Shown piece after piece: positions 1 to 11,620 of a stretch of 64,000 bases of DNA; within the stretch, counting starts at the first letter, position 1, and each line of letters opens with the position of its first letter. The position numbers and the translations under genes are program-made. The notes beneath the pieces are model-generated. The model saw only the letters and a program-made list of their open reading frames with translations. It was not told where the DNA came from and did not search any database. Source of the stretch: Prorocentrum cordatum (lineage: Eukaryota). The stretch lies in NCBI GenBank assembly GCA_963575745.1, contig CAUYUJ010000114.1, forward strand, positions 806,001-870,000, written 5' to 3'.

Positions 1-196
1 TTCCCGGAACTTTCGTATCGATCGCGCCTTCTGCCATGGTTCACCGGGGCTCGAGGCTTGACCGCCGCGGACATGGAAACTGGTGTTACACGCTCATGCT
101 ATGCTCTACCACATGCCTGTCTTCTAACACCTTCTCCTCCTCTTCCTCCTCCTCCTCCTCCTTTTCCTCCTCCCCCTCCTTCCCCTCGTCCCCCCT

Positions 197-345
197 GGTG
201 TATACGGGTGCCCGGCCAGGCCTGTGGAGGACGGTCAGTGGAGCGGAAGCATGTTGCCAGATCATGTCCAGATGCCTGAAACATGTGTTACACATTGCTT
301 AAACATGTAAAACAGCGTGTTAAAAACGTATTTAAAACATGCTGG
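197..345. repeat. Dispersed repeat family H
   Basis: ctgtggaggacggtcagtgg...aaacatgtgtta, also at about 565-995 (interrupted by family B) and 39370-39560. Confidence 0.75.
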
Positions 346-360
346 GCGATTGGGCATGGG

Positions 361-555
361 TCGGGCCGGGCGAAAGGGGGGGATTGGGAAACGGGGGGTT
401 ACGAAATCTGCTGCATGCAGCTGGTTTCGGCCACACCGAGGGGCCCATTCCTCGATACATGGCCGCCTCCGGTGCCGGGAGGCGCCGGGAAAATCAGCTA
501 CGTAAGCTGATTCTCACCCCCCCCCTTTGCTATCCCCCTTTTTCGCCCGATCCGA
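361..555. mobile_element. MITE family I, copy 1
   Basis: TIR tcgggccgggcgaaaggggg / cccctttttcgcccgatccga, perfect 5-bp TSD atggg. Confidence 0.85.
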
Positions 556-728
556 ATGGGGTCGGTGTGTATACGGGTGCCTGGCCAGGCCTGTGGAGGA
601 CGGTCAGTGGAGAGGAAGCATGTTGGCAAATCATTTCCAGATGCCTGAAGCATGTGTTATAAGCATGGCTTAAACATTAAATAACGTCTTCAACACATGC
701 TTAGAACATGTTTCCGACATTTTAAACA

Positions 729-928
729 TCGGGGGTGGCAAAGAGGGGGGTGATGACTAGGGGGGGGTGGATCTCGTGGCGGGGGCCATGATATTTCCCC
801 AGATTTCATGGCGCTTCTCCTTTTTCATTACGTCCCTGGCCCCCCCCTCCCTGGGCCGCGCACGTGCCGCCGGCCATGATTACTTGCACCCCCCCCTTCT
901 TGGACGCCCCCCTCTCGGCCGCCCCCGA
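729..928. mobile_element. MITE family B, copy 1
   Basis: TIR tcggggg..aaagagggggg / cccccctct..gcccccga, TSD aaaca. Confidence 0.88.
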
Positions 929-1009
929 AAACACAACACATCTTAAATTCCATGGTAGGACTGTCACAGGGGGTCCGTGGTCGTGGCATCCACACGGCCG
1001 GGCCGGGAG

Positions 1010-1068
1010 GGCGCACCGCGCCGGTCCCCGGGCCCGGGATGGGGCCCGGCCACACGATCGGCGAACAG
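1010..1068 (+). CDS. Weak candidate exon (GAPRRSPGPGWGPATRSANR)
   Basis: Unique island between repeats, AG|G acceptor, GG donor. Support is phase compatibility with 1701 only. Confidence 0.25.
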
Positions 1069-1137
1069 GGCTCGAGCTAAACGGTGTTTCGGCAGTTTCG
1101 TGGACCGTTCTCGTTTTGGCTTCGTTTTGCAGCAAAC

Positions 1138-1299
1138 TCAGGAGGGAAAGAAACACACAGACACAATTCATCGTCGACTTCCAGGAAAATATGGGAAAAT
1201 ATCGGAGATGGGGGGAAGACAAAAACCCCGAAAATATAGGCAAATATGGGGAATATTTTTATTTGTGTCTATTTATTTGTGTGTCCCAGTTCCCCTTCA
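1138..1299 (+). mobile_element. Short interspersed element family A (about 162 bp), copy 1
   Basis: tcaggaggg..acacagacacaa ... ttgtgtgt..ccttca, TSD caaac/cagac. Ten copies in the window. Confidence 0.85.
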
Positions 1300-1364
1300 C
1301 AGACGTGGAGCGAAGACAGGACGAAAGCAAAACGAAAACGGAAAACACTACTGTCGGCCCAGGG

Positions 1365-1500
1365 TAGTAGGTCGACCCTGCCAGCTCAAGGGTACCCTTG
1401 TGTCCTGTGCCTCGCGGCACGTGCCTTCTTGCACTCCTACGGCGGTGTGACCCTTGGAAGGGTCTTGTGTCCTCTCGCGTGTCCTGTCCAATCATCAGAG
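1365..1500. repeat. Dispersed repeat L, second copy at about 7110-7240
   Basis: agtaggtcgaccctgcca...gggtaccc...ggaagggtcttg.gtcctctcgcgtgtcctg is shared. Confidence 0.75.
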
Positions 1501-1700
1501 CTTGAATTACCTACCCCGGTTTCGCTTCCAGGCAAAACCAAGCCATACCACGCGCCTCCTCGTCAAGCGGCCTGACCAGTACAGGCCGTAGTTTGGCATC
1601 CTTTGGTATCTTTTGGAAGCGAGGGTGGTCAAAAGCGAGGTATGTTTGTTTTCCCCCCAAATCAAGGCCGACTGTGTTTCTCTCGAGCCCCGTCGGCGAG

Positions 1701-1746
1701 GTGGTCCGCGGACGCCGCCCGCAGTCTTGGCGATCACTGCTCCAAG
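1701..1746 (+). CDS. Weak candidate exon (WSADAARSLGDHCSK)
   Basis: gcgag|g acceptor, aag|gg donor, phase 2 to 0. Confidence 0.3.
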
Positions 1747-1801
1747 GGGGGGGGGCCGTTCGGGGCGCGGCCTCCCGAGCAGGCGGGGGTCGGAGGTTGA
1801 G

Positions 1802-1962
1802 TTCAGTCGGGCCCGTCCCTTTACAGGAGGAAAGTTCAAAAATGGCAAAAAAAATAGTATGGGGACGATGTTCTGAGTATTTTTGACCTTTTGTGAATAT
1901 TTGTTTGTCCATGTTCAATTCTTCCTCAAAAATCCCCCTGTAGGGGGACAGGCCCGACTTAA
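1802..1962. mobile_element. MITE family C (8-bp TSD, hAT-like length)
   Basis: TIR ttcagtcgggcc.gtccc..tacag / ctgta..gggacaggcccgacttaa, TSD aggttgag/agcttgat. Confidence 0.82.
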
Positions 1963-2024
1963 AGCTTGATAGACCTCCTACCCTGACACGTCGATTATGC
2001 CCAGCCCCGCCGACAGCTCTGCGT

Positions 2025-2176
2025 TGAAGTCGGGCCTGTCCTACTACAGATGGAAAATTCAAGAATAGTCAAAAATAGTCTGGGACCGATTTTGAGATTT
2101 TTTTTTGACTATGTTTCTGCATCTGTTTTTTATTTTTCGTCCAAAATCCGCCTGTAGGAGGACATGCCCGACCTAA
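2025..2176. mobile_element. MITE family C copy
   Basis: TSD ctctgcgt/ctcgacgt. Confidence 0.82.
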
Positions 2177-3567
2177 CTCGACGTTTTTCGCCTCGGAGCA
2201 CCAGACCTCTCGACCCCTTCTGGAACCCAGCCTCACCCTGAGTCCCTGGGGCGGCCTGGAAGCGGCCCTTGGGGAGCGAGGGTTCCAAACGTATTCCTCT
2301 CGCTTCGCCAGGTGCAGGTCCAGAGCGCGTAACGACGGCGTTGTGTGGTTTGACTTGCTCATCTGCCCTGAAGTTTTGCCGTGTCGTTCTGCCCGCCCGG
2401 GGCGCTGCCGGCGCCACGGGGGGCGGATGCGCCCCCCTCCGTTTCAGCGCTGGGACGAGCGTGCGAATGTCCACGAGGGCAATGAGCATTTACCGCGTGG
2501 CAGCACAAGGCAATGCCAAGTTCAAACTTCGATGGGCATAGCAACAACGCGCCACTCGTATACAATTCCGCATTCTACAGGCTTGCGCCACATCTGCCTG
2601 CCCCTTGAATTCGAAGCCCCAAAAAGAGCCTGTGGGCGGGACCCCCCTGATGAGTTCACTTGGGGGTCGTGCCGGGCCAGCCCCCAACCCCTCAAATTTA
2701 CAGTTTGGGGGCCCTGGTGGGATTAAGGGGGGAGCCATCTCACACTCATGGAGGCCCACAAGGGGTCGGCGGATTCGCGCTCAGTATCTTTGACTGTCTG
2801 GAGGTCTGAGAGGTGGAGAAGGATACTGGATCTTCGCAGGCGTGTCTCTTGCTCTGCTCCCGCTCTCGAGTCGTATTACATACCCGCGCGGGAAGCCGAC
2901 AGGCACTGAGCTGCCAGGCATTTCAGGGCTAGATACGGCAAGCTCGTGTCGTGTCCACACGGCGGCGACCCCAGCGCATGCTCTCAAGGCTTGACACCGC
3001 CAGTGGTCCAGAATCCGCCGATGTCCACGACAAGAACTTGCTGTACATCCTCGCCTAGGAGCGGGAACTCCCCAAGCGTGTGTAGCGGCTCGGAACAAAA
3101 AAAAACAAAAAAAAAAAATCGCGCCGGATGATCTTCGCCATCTTCTGCGCCCTGGGGCCGCCTTTGGGCCCCGTAGGACCCTCAAGGAGCGGCTCTTGAT
3201 GGGAACGCCGGTCGCAGGCAGAGAGTTCAGGGGCCAGCCGACCCGAAATCATCTCCCCCCCGCGTCTACAGTTATCGAAAACGCCCACGGCGAATCACCG
3301 CCGCCCCGTGCCTCTGGAATCGCGAGTGCGGCCAAATGTTGGGCCGAAGTCTGGCCAAGCTATTGGACCATCCGTGCCCCCAGCCGACGTGCCGGTGTGG
3401 AACCCCTTGGGGGAACACCGGGGAGAGGAAAAGACTCGAGGAGGAGAGGAAAAGACACGAGGAGGAGAGGAAAAGACACGAGGAGGAGGAGGAGGAGGAG
3501 GAGGAGGAGGAGGAGGAGGAGGAGGAGGAAGAGAAGAGAAGATGCGGCCTCTTGAGGCCCTCTCGAG

Positions 3568-3617
3568 GCCTCCTCGGAGCTTCCTGGGGGCTCTGGCCAG
3601 AACGCACCCCTGGACAG
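3568..3617 (+). CDS. Weak candidate exon (ASSELPGGSGQNAPLDR)
   Basis: tcgag|g acceptor, ag|gc donor. Phase 0 to 2 bridges 1746 and 6158. Confidence 0.25.
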
Positions 3618-4160
3618 GCCAGAGAGGAGGGGGGACTGCGGTTTTCGACGGCCAATGGGGAGGAGGTCAACATTTCGGACGTCTGGGGCGCGACGCGCCC
3701 AGTGGGCCACCCTCGGCTCGCATCGGGGGCGGCCACGAGGCGGGGGGATGACTCATTGAAGTGGGGGGTCATCCTGGACGGCGCTATGATGCCTCCCAGA
3801 TTCCATGGCCCCGCCTGTTCTTTCCCCTGGGCTCGCCAAGATGCCCCTCCTGCTCCTCCCACTCCTCCTCCTCCTCCTCCTCCTCCTCCTCCAAGATGCC
3901 CCTCCTCCTCCTCCTCCTCCTCCTCCTCCTCCTCCTCCTCCTCCTCCTCCCTTCGAACCTCGGCCGCACACATGCCTCGGGCCATGGCTCGCGAGCCCCC
4001 CTCGCTTGGACGCCCCCCGTCCTTGGGACGCTCCCGAGCCTGCCTCGAGCCGTGGGCCGCCGCCGCTCCTGCTCGCGGCCGGGCCGCACTCGCCACGAGC
4101 CGCCCCCCCCCCCCGCGAGCAGTGTCGAGGCGCCCTGGCTTGCCTATGGGCCCACCAAAA

Positions 4161-4332
4161 TCAGCCACGCGCAGAGGGGGGGGGAGGGGAGAGGGGAGGG
4201 CTTCTTAGAAGCACCCCTGCTTCGTAGAAGGCGCGGGCCTTATCTATAGATGTAAGGCCGGCGCCTTCTAAGAAGCAGCCTCCTTCTCAGAAGCCCTCCC
4301 CCCTCCCTCCACCCCCTTGTGCGCGCCGCCAA
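4161..4332. mobile_element. Foldback MITE family G nested in repeat family F
   Basis: Perfect TSD caaaa. The empty site is visible in the F copy at about 4640 (cccaccaaaagaatg). Confidence 0.88.
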
Positions 4333-4609
4333 CAAAAGAAATTGTCTGAGAACCGGTTGTGGCCTGCACGAAGGGTTTCCAGAAGGCTTCTTGCCGAGAG
4401 CGTCGTGGTTCAACACATCGGGCCCACGCCCCAGGAACACTATTTAGCTCCAGCGTGGCCGGGTGGGGTAGTTGGGAGACCCCAAACCAGGAGGTGAGAT
4501 ATCAGGTGGTGATTTGGAGTCCCCAAAAAGTCACCGCCGGTTTTGGAACACTGGGTCACCGCTGGGGTTTTGTGGTTTTTGGTCCCAACAGCGTTCGGGA
4601 CATCCTCAA

Positions 4610-4840
4610 GCAGTGTCGAGGCGTCCTGGCTTGCCTATTGGCCCACCAAAAGAATGTTCTAAGAACCGATTATGGTTTGCGCCAAATGTTCTTAGAACAT
4701 TTCTGGCCGAGATTGTCTCGTTTTAAAGCATCGGGCTGATGTTCTACGAGCAATATTTTTGTTCTTAGAATACCTGGGGGTTCTAAGAACATTTTGTGGT
4801 AGGTCTATGGGAATGCCGGGACGGTCGGTCCCTGCTCAAC
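4610..4840. repeat. Dispersed repeat family F (tgttctaagaac/gttcttagaaca-rich)
   Basis: Other copies at about 4120-4420 (interrupted) and 5290-5530. Confidence 0.75.
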
Positions 4841-6018
4841 CCCCCACGGCAGGATCTAGCTCCAGCGTGGCCGGTGGAGTAGGTCTGGCCGACCTCCGAT
4901 CCTCGCCATGAGCCAGGGGCTGCGAAGGGGGGTGGCTGAAGGTGGTCTCGTCGTCGAAGGGGGAAGGGGGGGAGGCAGTTCACCAGCCTCGAATTTATCC
5001 CTATCCCTATCCCTAAGATGGACACGCCAAAAGGCGATGACAATCTTAGGGACGCGCCCTGAAAAACTAAGGGAATCCCTAAGATTGGCATCGCGATGAG
5101 GCGATGCCCAGCTTAGGGATAGGGATATGTTCCAGGCTGGTGAGCAGTGTTCGATCGCTCCCGGAGGTTCTCTCGCCTGGGGGAGCTTTCCAGCAGCTGC
5201 GCCTCGTCGAGGTTTTTCCAGAGGTGCCCAGAGCGTGTACCGAGCGGCTGCCGGAGGGTGGAGGCATGCCCTGAAAGCCATGGGGCAGCTACAGTCAAGC
5301 ACTGGCGAAGCATCCTGGCTCGCCTGTAGCCCTACCAAACAATGTTCTAAGAACCGTTTGTGGTTTTCACGAGATGTTCTTAGAGCATGTCTGGCTGGAA
5401 CAGTCTTGTTTTAACACATCGGGTTTATGTTCGAAGAACATTGTTTTTGTTTTTAGAACTCATTGGGGTTCTGAGAGCATTTCGTGGTAGGACTATAGGA
5501 ATGCCGGGACGGTCGGTCCCTGCTCAATACAGGGGGGGCGGGCTCAGGGGGAGATGTGCTGACCCCCAATTGCCCATTCATCGCCGATAAGGGCCCGATT
5601 GCACAACCCGCCCAGGAGCGTTCGGGTTCGCTCTTGTAGGCCCATCGCCAATCTCTCGGAGATGTATCGCCGATTTGGGGTCGATGTGAGCCCCCTGAGC
5701 CAGTCCCCCCCCCCTGCCGATGCTCCCTACTAGTGGGGGCATATCATGGCCGCAGTCATGACATCGCCCAGGTTTCATGGCTCCCTCTTCTTTTTTCGAC
5801 CTGTTCCCGGGTCCCCCCCTCGTCCGCGTGCATGCCTCGGGCCATGGTGTGCTACCCCCCCTCTTCCTGACCCCCTCCTCCAGCGCACCCAATCCGATCC
5901 TCGGCGTGAGGGAGAGGGATCTCGAGGCAAACGGGTCCGGAGGTGTTTCGCGGACGACTCGGGAGGAAGAGCCGGGGTTCCCGGGGAAAGCCCGAGGGGT
6001 CCAAGGCTCGCTTCTGCC

Positions 6019-6151
6019 CCTGGCATCGCTCGGACGTGTGCGTGTTTTCCTCGGCGAGGACCACCGAGGAGCACCCCTGATCACTTGCCGAAAAAGCCGC
6101 GCACGAAACCGAAACAAAAACACAGGGAGTGGACGTCCGAGCGATGGCGAG
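6019..6151. mobile_element. MITE family E (4-bp TSD)
   Basis: TIR c.tggcatcgctcggacgt / acgtccgagcgatggcgag, TSD tgcc. Confidence 0.82.
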
Positions 6152-6157
6152 TGCCAG

Positions 6158-6224
6158 GGCCCATGTCCTTCGTGTCGGCGGCACGGTGGAGCGGTCCGTC
6201 GACCTGGTCCTCGACCTCCCCGAG
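6158..6224 (+). CDS. Candidate exon (AHVLRVGGTVERSVDLVLDLPE)
   Basis: tgccag|g acceptor, GA donor gag|gaccga, GC-rich third positions, ends in phase 0 matching exon 7487. Confidence 0.5.
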
Positions 6225-6311
6225 GACCGAGCCTCGAGGGCCCCGGGCCTCGGAGCCTCGGTGAGGTCCGGTCGAGTCGGTGCTCGCCAGGCATGCGCCG
6301 TCGTGCTTTGC

Positions 6312-6473
6312 TCAAGTCGGGCCTGTCCCCCTACAGGCCGACCTTCCACGAACAAAAATGATCATAGTAAAAGAACACCTCAAAATGGCAAAAACATGCT
6401 CAAAAAATAGTTCCCCGACTATGTTTTGACTACTTCGGAATATTCCTCCTGTAGAGGGACAGGCCCGACTTCA
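6312..6473. mobile_element. MITE family C copy
   Basis: Perfect TSD tgctttgc. Confidence 0.88.
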
Positions 6474-6888
6474 TGCTTTGCTCCAGTCGGGGTCCCCGGA
6501 AGTCCCGACCCTTTCCCCAGGGCCGACTGCTATTCTGAGGCGTCGTTTGACAATCTCGGGGCCCAGCGAGGGCCCCCAAGGGGCCGACGGTAGCCGAAAA
6601 CCTCCCGCCCTCCCGCCGTGCTTCTGCTCACGACGCGAGGCCGGGACCGCCCGATCGGTCCGATCCCATCGACCGGTCGCTCTTTCGGCAGATCTCAGGG
6701 TCCATCCCGTTCCAATCGATCTGGGCGGATGTCGATTCCCGCCAGTCCGATCTCATGTGATTTCGATGCTCTGACGACCCGATGCGGCTCGATGATTGCC
6801 CGGCTCTGCTGTGCATCCTGACGCAGCCGATCCGATCCGCTGTCGATCCCGTGCCGATGCGGCCCGATCCGATGTACACTCAGGCGAT

Positions 6889-7066
6889 CGCAAACATGGA
6901 TTAAGGGGGCGTGGATTAGCGACGGGCCCCGCTTCCATGGGAAATCGCGGATTCCCGCCGCCGAGCGAGGCGGCACCGGCCGCATTTTGGGGAGGGCACC
7001 TCCCCCGATCCATGGGTTGGTCGACCGCGCGCCAGATCCATGGATCGCTCATCCATGCTTGCGCGC
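6889..7066. repeat. Dispersed foldback repeat N, second copy at about 27101-27270
   Basis: cgcaaacatggat...agcgacgggccccgcttccat...cgccagatcca.ggatc.ctcatcca is shared. Confidence 0.7.
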
Positions 7067-7486
7067 CCCCGACACACTTTGACTCGAGCGGGTCTACAGT
7101 CGGCCCAGATAAGTAGGTCGACCCTGCCAAATCCAGGGTACCCTGGTGCCCTGTGCCTCGCGACCCATGCCTCCTGCATTCCTATGGCAGCGTGGCCCTG
7201 GGAAGGGTCTTGCGTCCTCTCGCGTGTCCTGCCCCATCAAGTCCGACTGCACCGGTTCGAGGCGACCGCTTCTGGATCTTTGGTGGTCTCCAGACCAGGT
7301 GGTGAGGCACCCGGTGGTGACCCCGATTCCCCCCAAAAATAATTCTGGGTCACCACCGGGTTTGGGGACACGCGGTCGCCACGAGGTTTTGCGTTTCCTG
7401 GGCCAGCCAGCGCTCGAAAACCATTGCCCAAATCGCCCAAAACTCACCACCGGGTGTTCTCACCACCACGTTTGGGGACCACCAAG

Positions 7487-7567
7487 ATCTGCCTGCGATC
7501 CGCGGGGGGCTGCGGCGAGGTGCTGGGCAGCCGCACCGGGTTCCCGAGCGCCACGCACTGCTGCCAG
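7487..7567 (+). CDS. Exon, Cys/His repeat 1 first half (ICLRSAGGCGEVLGSRTGFPSATHCCQ)
   Basis: caag|atc acceptor, GA donor cag|gacgcc, 81 nt, phase 0. Homologous to exon 21532-21600. Confidence 0.72.
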
Positions 7568-7620
7568 GACGCCGGCCGCCGACCCCGCCTCCTGGGGCGC
7601 TGCCAGGGGTGGCCCTGGCC

Positions 7621-7779
7621 GCAAGTCGGGCCTGTCCCTCCACAGGAGGAATATCCAAAAATAGTCGAAGAGTAGCCTCGGGACGACTTCTGGACTATTT
7701 TTGGCCATTTGGGGGGGTTGTTCGACTATTTTTCATCTTGCGTCGACAATCGGCCCGCAGGGGTACGGGCCCGACTTGA
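7621..7779. mobile_element. MITE family C copy
   Basis: Perfect TSD ccctggcc. Confidence 0.88.
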
Positions 7780-7953
7780 CCCTGGCCCAGGGCCCCGTCG
7801 AGCCCGGGCTGTTGGACCCTGAGGTCCACCTCACGGCTGCCCAGGCTGTTTTGGCCCTGCCGATCCACGGACGGATCCCATTCGTCCTCCATGCGTTGGC
7901 AGCAAACTCATGCGAAGCAGCATGCTCTTCCCTCGAGCCATGACGGATTTTAC

Positions 7954-8113
7954 TCAGAAGGGGAAAAACACAGACACAATTAATCGTCGATTCCCCAGGA
8001 AATATGGGAAAATAGGGGAAGTGGGGGGGAAGACAGAGACCCAGAAAATATGGGAAAATATGGGGCATATTTTTATTTGTGTGTATTTATGCGTGTGCCC
8101 TGGGGCCCCTTCA
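7954..8113 (+). mobile_element. Family A copy
   Basis: Colinear with the other copies. TSD unclear. Confidence 0.8.
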
Positions 8114-8279
8114 TCTTCCCTCGAGCCAAGACGGATGTTACTTTGTCCGCTGCCCATGTTCGGCCTCTGGGGGCCCTCACCAGCCCTCGGGGCCGTCAAC
8201 AAAACGACTCGGGATGAAGAGCTGGTCCCAGGAATGGGTCGAGACTTCTGGGGGTCGACGTTCTGAAAGAAGTCAGGAC

Positions 8280-8478
8280 CTTCGTTGCCTCGGTACGCGC
8301 GTCTTGAAACGCAATACGTCCCGTGTTCAAGACGTCCGTGTCAATACGTTGCGTGTTGGCTCCACATATTGGGCCACGTTTTGGCGAATGTATCGCGTCG
8401 GACCTACGCTTTCAGCCTACGTTTTGAGCTCCGTATCCATACGCTACGTGCTGCGTGTTGCGTATCGGGGCATCTTAG
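8280..8478. mobile_element. MITE family J (8-bp TSD)
   Basis: TIR ctt.gttgcctcg.tacg / cgtatcggggca.ct.ag, TSD gtcaggac/atcaggac. Confidence 0.82.
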
Positions 8479-8639
8479 ATCAGGACGTTGGCGGTCTGGG
8501 GTCCAGGCGTTGCGTATTTTTTCACACCGGGCGTTGTCGCCAGGTTCCGGGCCCCGGACCATCACAGATCGATCCGGCTCGGCAAGTGCCGCAGACAGCT
8601 TGGGTTAACTTGGGTCTGGGGCTTTCGTTTAGGTTGTTC

Positions 8640-8800
8640 CCATCCTACTCAAGGACCGCATCCCAGAAATAATTTCGAGCACCCGGGAAAGTGTCAAAAG
8701 AGTGTCGAAACAGTGTCGGGCGAGTGTCTCCCAGGGCTCGACACGTGAAAACCTTGAGTTTTCTTCTGGTGGTCAAGGCTAAAGTCGGCTGGAACATCAG
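8640..8800. repeat. Dispersed repeat K, inverted copy at about 42945-43130
   Basis: catcccagaaataat.tcgagcacccgg...gtgtcgggcgagtgtctcc occurs in both orientations. Confidence 0.75.
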
Positions 8801-8894
8801 AGTGTTCGTTGTGATCTTCTGCGGTCGTGCACTTTTGTTGCTCGCGACGGCCGCTCTCAGGTGGGTGCGCTGCCCTGCCCCATGCCGCCAGGGG

Positions 8895-9058
8895 TCAGGA
8901 GGGAACGAGACGCACAGACACGAATGAATCGCCGATTCCCCAGAAGATATGGGAAAATGTGGGAAGTGGGGGAGAAGACGAACACCCAAAAAATATAGGA
9001 AAGTATGGGACGTATTTTTATTTGTGTGTATTCATTTGCGTGTCCTTGGGCCCCTTCA
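8895..9058 (+). mobile_element. Family A copy
   Basis: Perfect TSD agggg. Confidence 0.85.
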
Positions 9059-9559
9059 AGGGGGTTTTCCTGGGCTCTCCCGGGAGAAGCCTGGAGGGCC
9101 TCCACAGCACCGCCGGCTGGCTTCGGAGAGGCACCGCCGGGAGAGGGCCAGCTGAGACAACGCCGGCTCCCCCGCCCGGCCAACAATCCGCTCCAGATTC
9201 AGAGGCGACGACGGGGGCGAATAGCCTCCTCCTCCTCCTCCTCCTCCAAGTTCAGAGCCCAAGATAGGGAGAGCAATGCGGCGCGGTGCCGGAGGGCGGA
9301 AAAATCATGTCCTCGTTACATGCCGCACGTTGTGTGCCACTTTCCACAGGGCGCATTGAAACAAGATGGTGGCCAATCCTTCCGCTCGGGCATTCATGGA
9401 AGGAGCGGCCGCCTGTGCGGACCGCGATTCCACCAGCGAGCGCTGGGCAGGCACGGCCAGGAAGTTCACAGCGCGCGATCCCGTCGCGCCGGACAAAACC
9501 TCGCCCAATAGGAGGCCGCGGGCCAAGCATCCGCGCGCTCGACTAGAACGAGCGCCGAA

Positions 9560-10150
9560 GCCCGGGCAGATCAGGACAGGGGCGAGCAGCGGAGGCTACA
9601 GCATTGGCCAGCCAGTCCGCCAAGAGGGACAAGACGGAGTGGCTGGACGATGACATTCGTAGCGGCGCCTGGGGCGACCTGGAGGCGATTCGAAAGCCCA
9701 GTGAGCCAGGGGCATCTTGCACCCGGAACACGGCAGGCCCACTTGCGACGAGCGAGAGGAAAACCGACGCGATGGCAGAGCATTTTGGGAAAGTCCAGCG
9801 GCGCGCATGGCTGCAGAGATTTCGGGTCAGCCAGCGCTCCGAGAACCCCATCCCCGCGGGCATGGGCGACTTCGCGCTGGACCACTTGGTGGGCGTCACC
9901 CAGTAGCTGAAGAGTAACCGCGCGTCAGGAGAGGGCGGGGTCTTGGCCCAGTATTGGAAACCGCTGATTGGTGACCACGAGTTCCTTCAAACCACTGCAG
10001 ATGTTTTGGACTTGCGCTTGCGGCGGGCAACTTCCTGCGCGCGGCGCAGCGCCGTGATCTCGACCATCTGCAGGAAGGGCGGCGCTGATAATTCTGCCAA
10101 TTAGAGGCCGATCAGCGTGCTATCGCCAGGATGCAAAATACATTCGCCAC
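9560..10150 (+). pseudogene. Decayed non-LTR (LINE) reverse-transcriptase N-terminal fragment
   Basis: In-frame LKSNRASGEGG...YWK...AVISTICRKGGADNSAN*RPISVLSPGCKI matches the LINE RT motifs K.N.A.G.DG and KKG....NYRPISLL. In-frame stops at 9904 and 10102. Confidence 0.8.
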
Positions 10151-10154
10151 CTCC

Positions 10155-10560
10155 GCGCTGCGGCGGCGCCACACGCCTCGTGGCCCCATCGGGAGCTTCA
10201 CCGCAAGTCCCCAGTGGCAGGCTCCGCACGGCGGCCCCGCGCCTGGTTCGGCGCACTCTTCACACGCCTCGTGGCCCCATAGGGGAGCTCCACCGCAGGC
10301 CCCAGTGGCAGGGTCCGCGTGGCGCCCCCGCACCATTTCCCAGCGCACCTTGCGCACGCCCCGTGGCCCCATGGGGAGCCTCAGCGGCAGGTTTCGCACG
10401 GCGGCCCCGCACCCATTCCAGCATATCCCTGGCGCTTTTCGTGGGCCCGCACGCTTCGTGAGATCTGTGGGGAAGCTCCACCGACGGCCCCAACGGCGCG
10501 CCGCGCAGGCTTCGGCGCGCCCCTCACGCTTCGTGGCCCCATGGGGAGCTGCCCATCCTT
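10155..10560. repeat. Degenerate tandem family of about 63-65 bp (cacgcttcgtggccccatagggagctccacc)
   Basis: Second array at about 33960-34420. An inverted relative lies at about 41120-41260. Confidence 0.8.
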
Positions 10561-11133
10561 CGTTTTACCCGCCTTTCGGTGCTCGCGCCCGCATATGGTT
10601 GGGTCTTTCGACATGATGATTCCGTTAGGCGACCGGATCGCCATGAGGAAAGAGGGTCATTGATAGAAACCGGCCCCAAACCTTGTGTGCCTGCCCAGGC
10701 CCAGCTCGTCATCCCGAACCGTTGGTCGATGGCCGCGGGGTCCGTGGAGGGCCCCAGGGGCCCGAAAACCGCAAAACAAATCCAGGACCCTTTTCCCCAG
10801 GCCCGTCCTGCATGCTGACCGACGACGGCGACGACGACGACTCCCTGTCAAAAATTGACTCGTGCACCTCTCCTGGGGCTGGTTCTGAGAACGCGAGGGC
10901 CCCGGGAGGCCCCAAAAGTCCCGAAGCGCCCAGATCAGGGCGCGAGCTGAGCGGTGCTTGGGCGATTTCGTGGGCCGTTTGCGTTTCGAGCTGGTGTCGC
11001 AGCAGGAGCGGAGCGAGAACAGACGGAGGGACAACGAAAAGCATGAAAACGGAAAACACCGCTTGCTCTGCGCCTTGGCCCAGAGGCCCGGGGCTCTTCG
11101 ACCCTCGAGCCCGGACGCCGGCCCCGCCGCCAG

Positions 11134-11220
11134 GCGTGCAGCTTCCAGCCCGGGCGTCACGGGCCCCGCTGCGCCCGCATCTTGTCGGCCTACGCGGAGC
11201 GGCCGCGGATGTGCCCGGCG
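11134..11220 (+). CDS. Exon linking Cys/His repeats 1 and 2 (ACSFQPGRHGPRCARILSAYAERPRMCPA)
   Basis: cgccag|gcg acceptor. Completes CC-x2-C-x6-H-x3-C and starts repeat 2. Donor is either GG after 11220 or GC after 11217. Confidence 0.72.
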
Positions 11221-11407
11221 GGGGGGGGGGATTTGGACGCCCGAAATGGTCGGGGGCGGACAGAACCCCCAACAGTGACACGTCGATTAGTGAATTGTCC
11301 GTTTTCGGTTTTCGAGAGGGCGCCGTGGCCGTTGTTTTCCAGGCTTGTGCCCGCCAGGTTTGGGCCTTAGGTCGTTCTCACTAAACCAGGTTTTGCTAAA
11401 CGGGGGA

Positions 11408-11620
11408 TTTGGACGCCCGAAATGCGTACGGAAAGAATGGGTACAATGCCCAACAGCAGTCCCTGCTCATTTTGCACAGGACTCGCTGTCCGCGCCGCCG
11501 CGGCCTGTGTCCATTCGAGACAGAAGGCCGCCTGCCCAGCAGCGGCCGCTGTTGGTTTGGGACAACGGTTGTTGTTGGGCATTGTGCCCATTCTTTCGGT
11601 ACCCATTTCGGGTGCCCAAA
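11408..11620. mobile_element. MITE family D
   Basis: TIR of about 45 bp (tttggacgcccgaaatg.gtac.gaaagaatggg.acaatgcccaac), perfect TSD gggga. Partial copies near 29130-29380 and 41270-41450. Confidence 0.88.

Noticed and set aside
4853..4869. 17-nt candidate micro-exon (DLAPAW)
   Set aside because: The same sequence is duplicated at about 4445 beside repeat family F, so it is probably repeat-derived.
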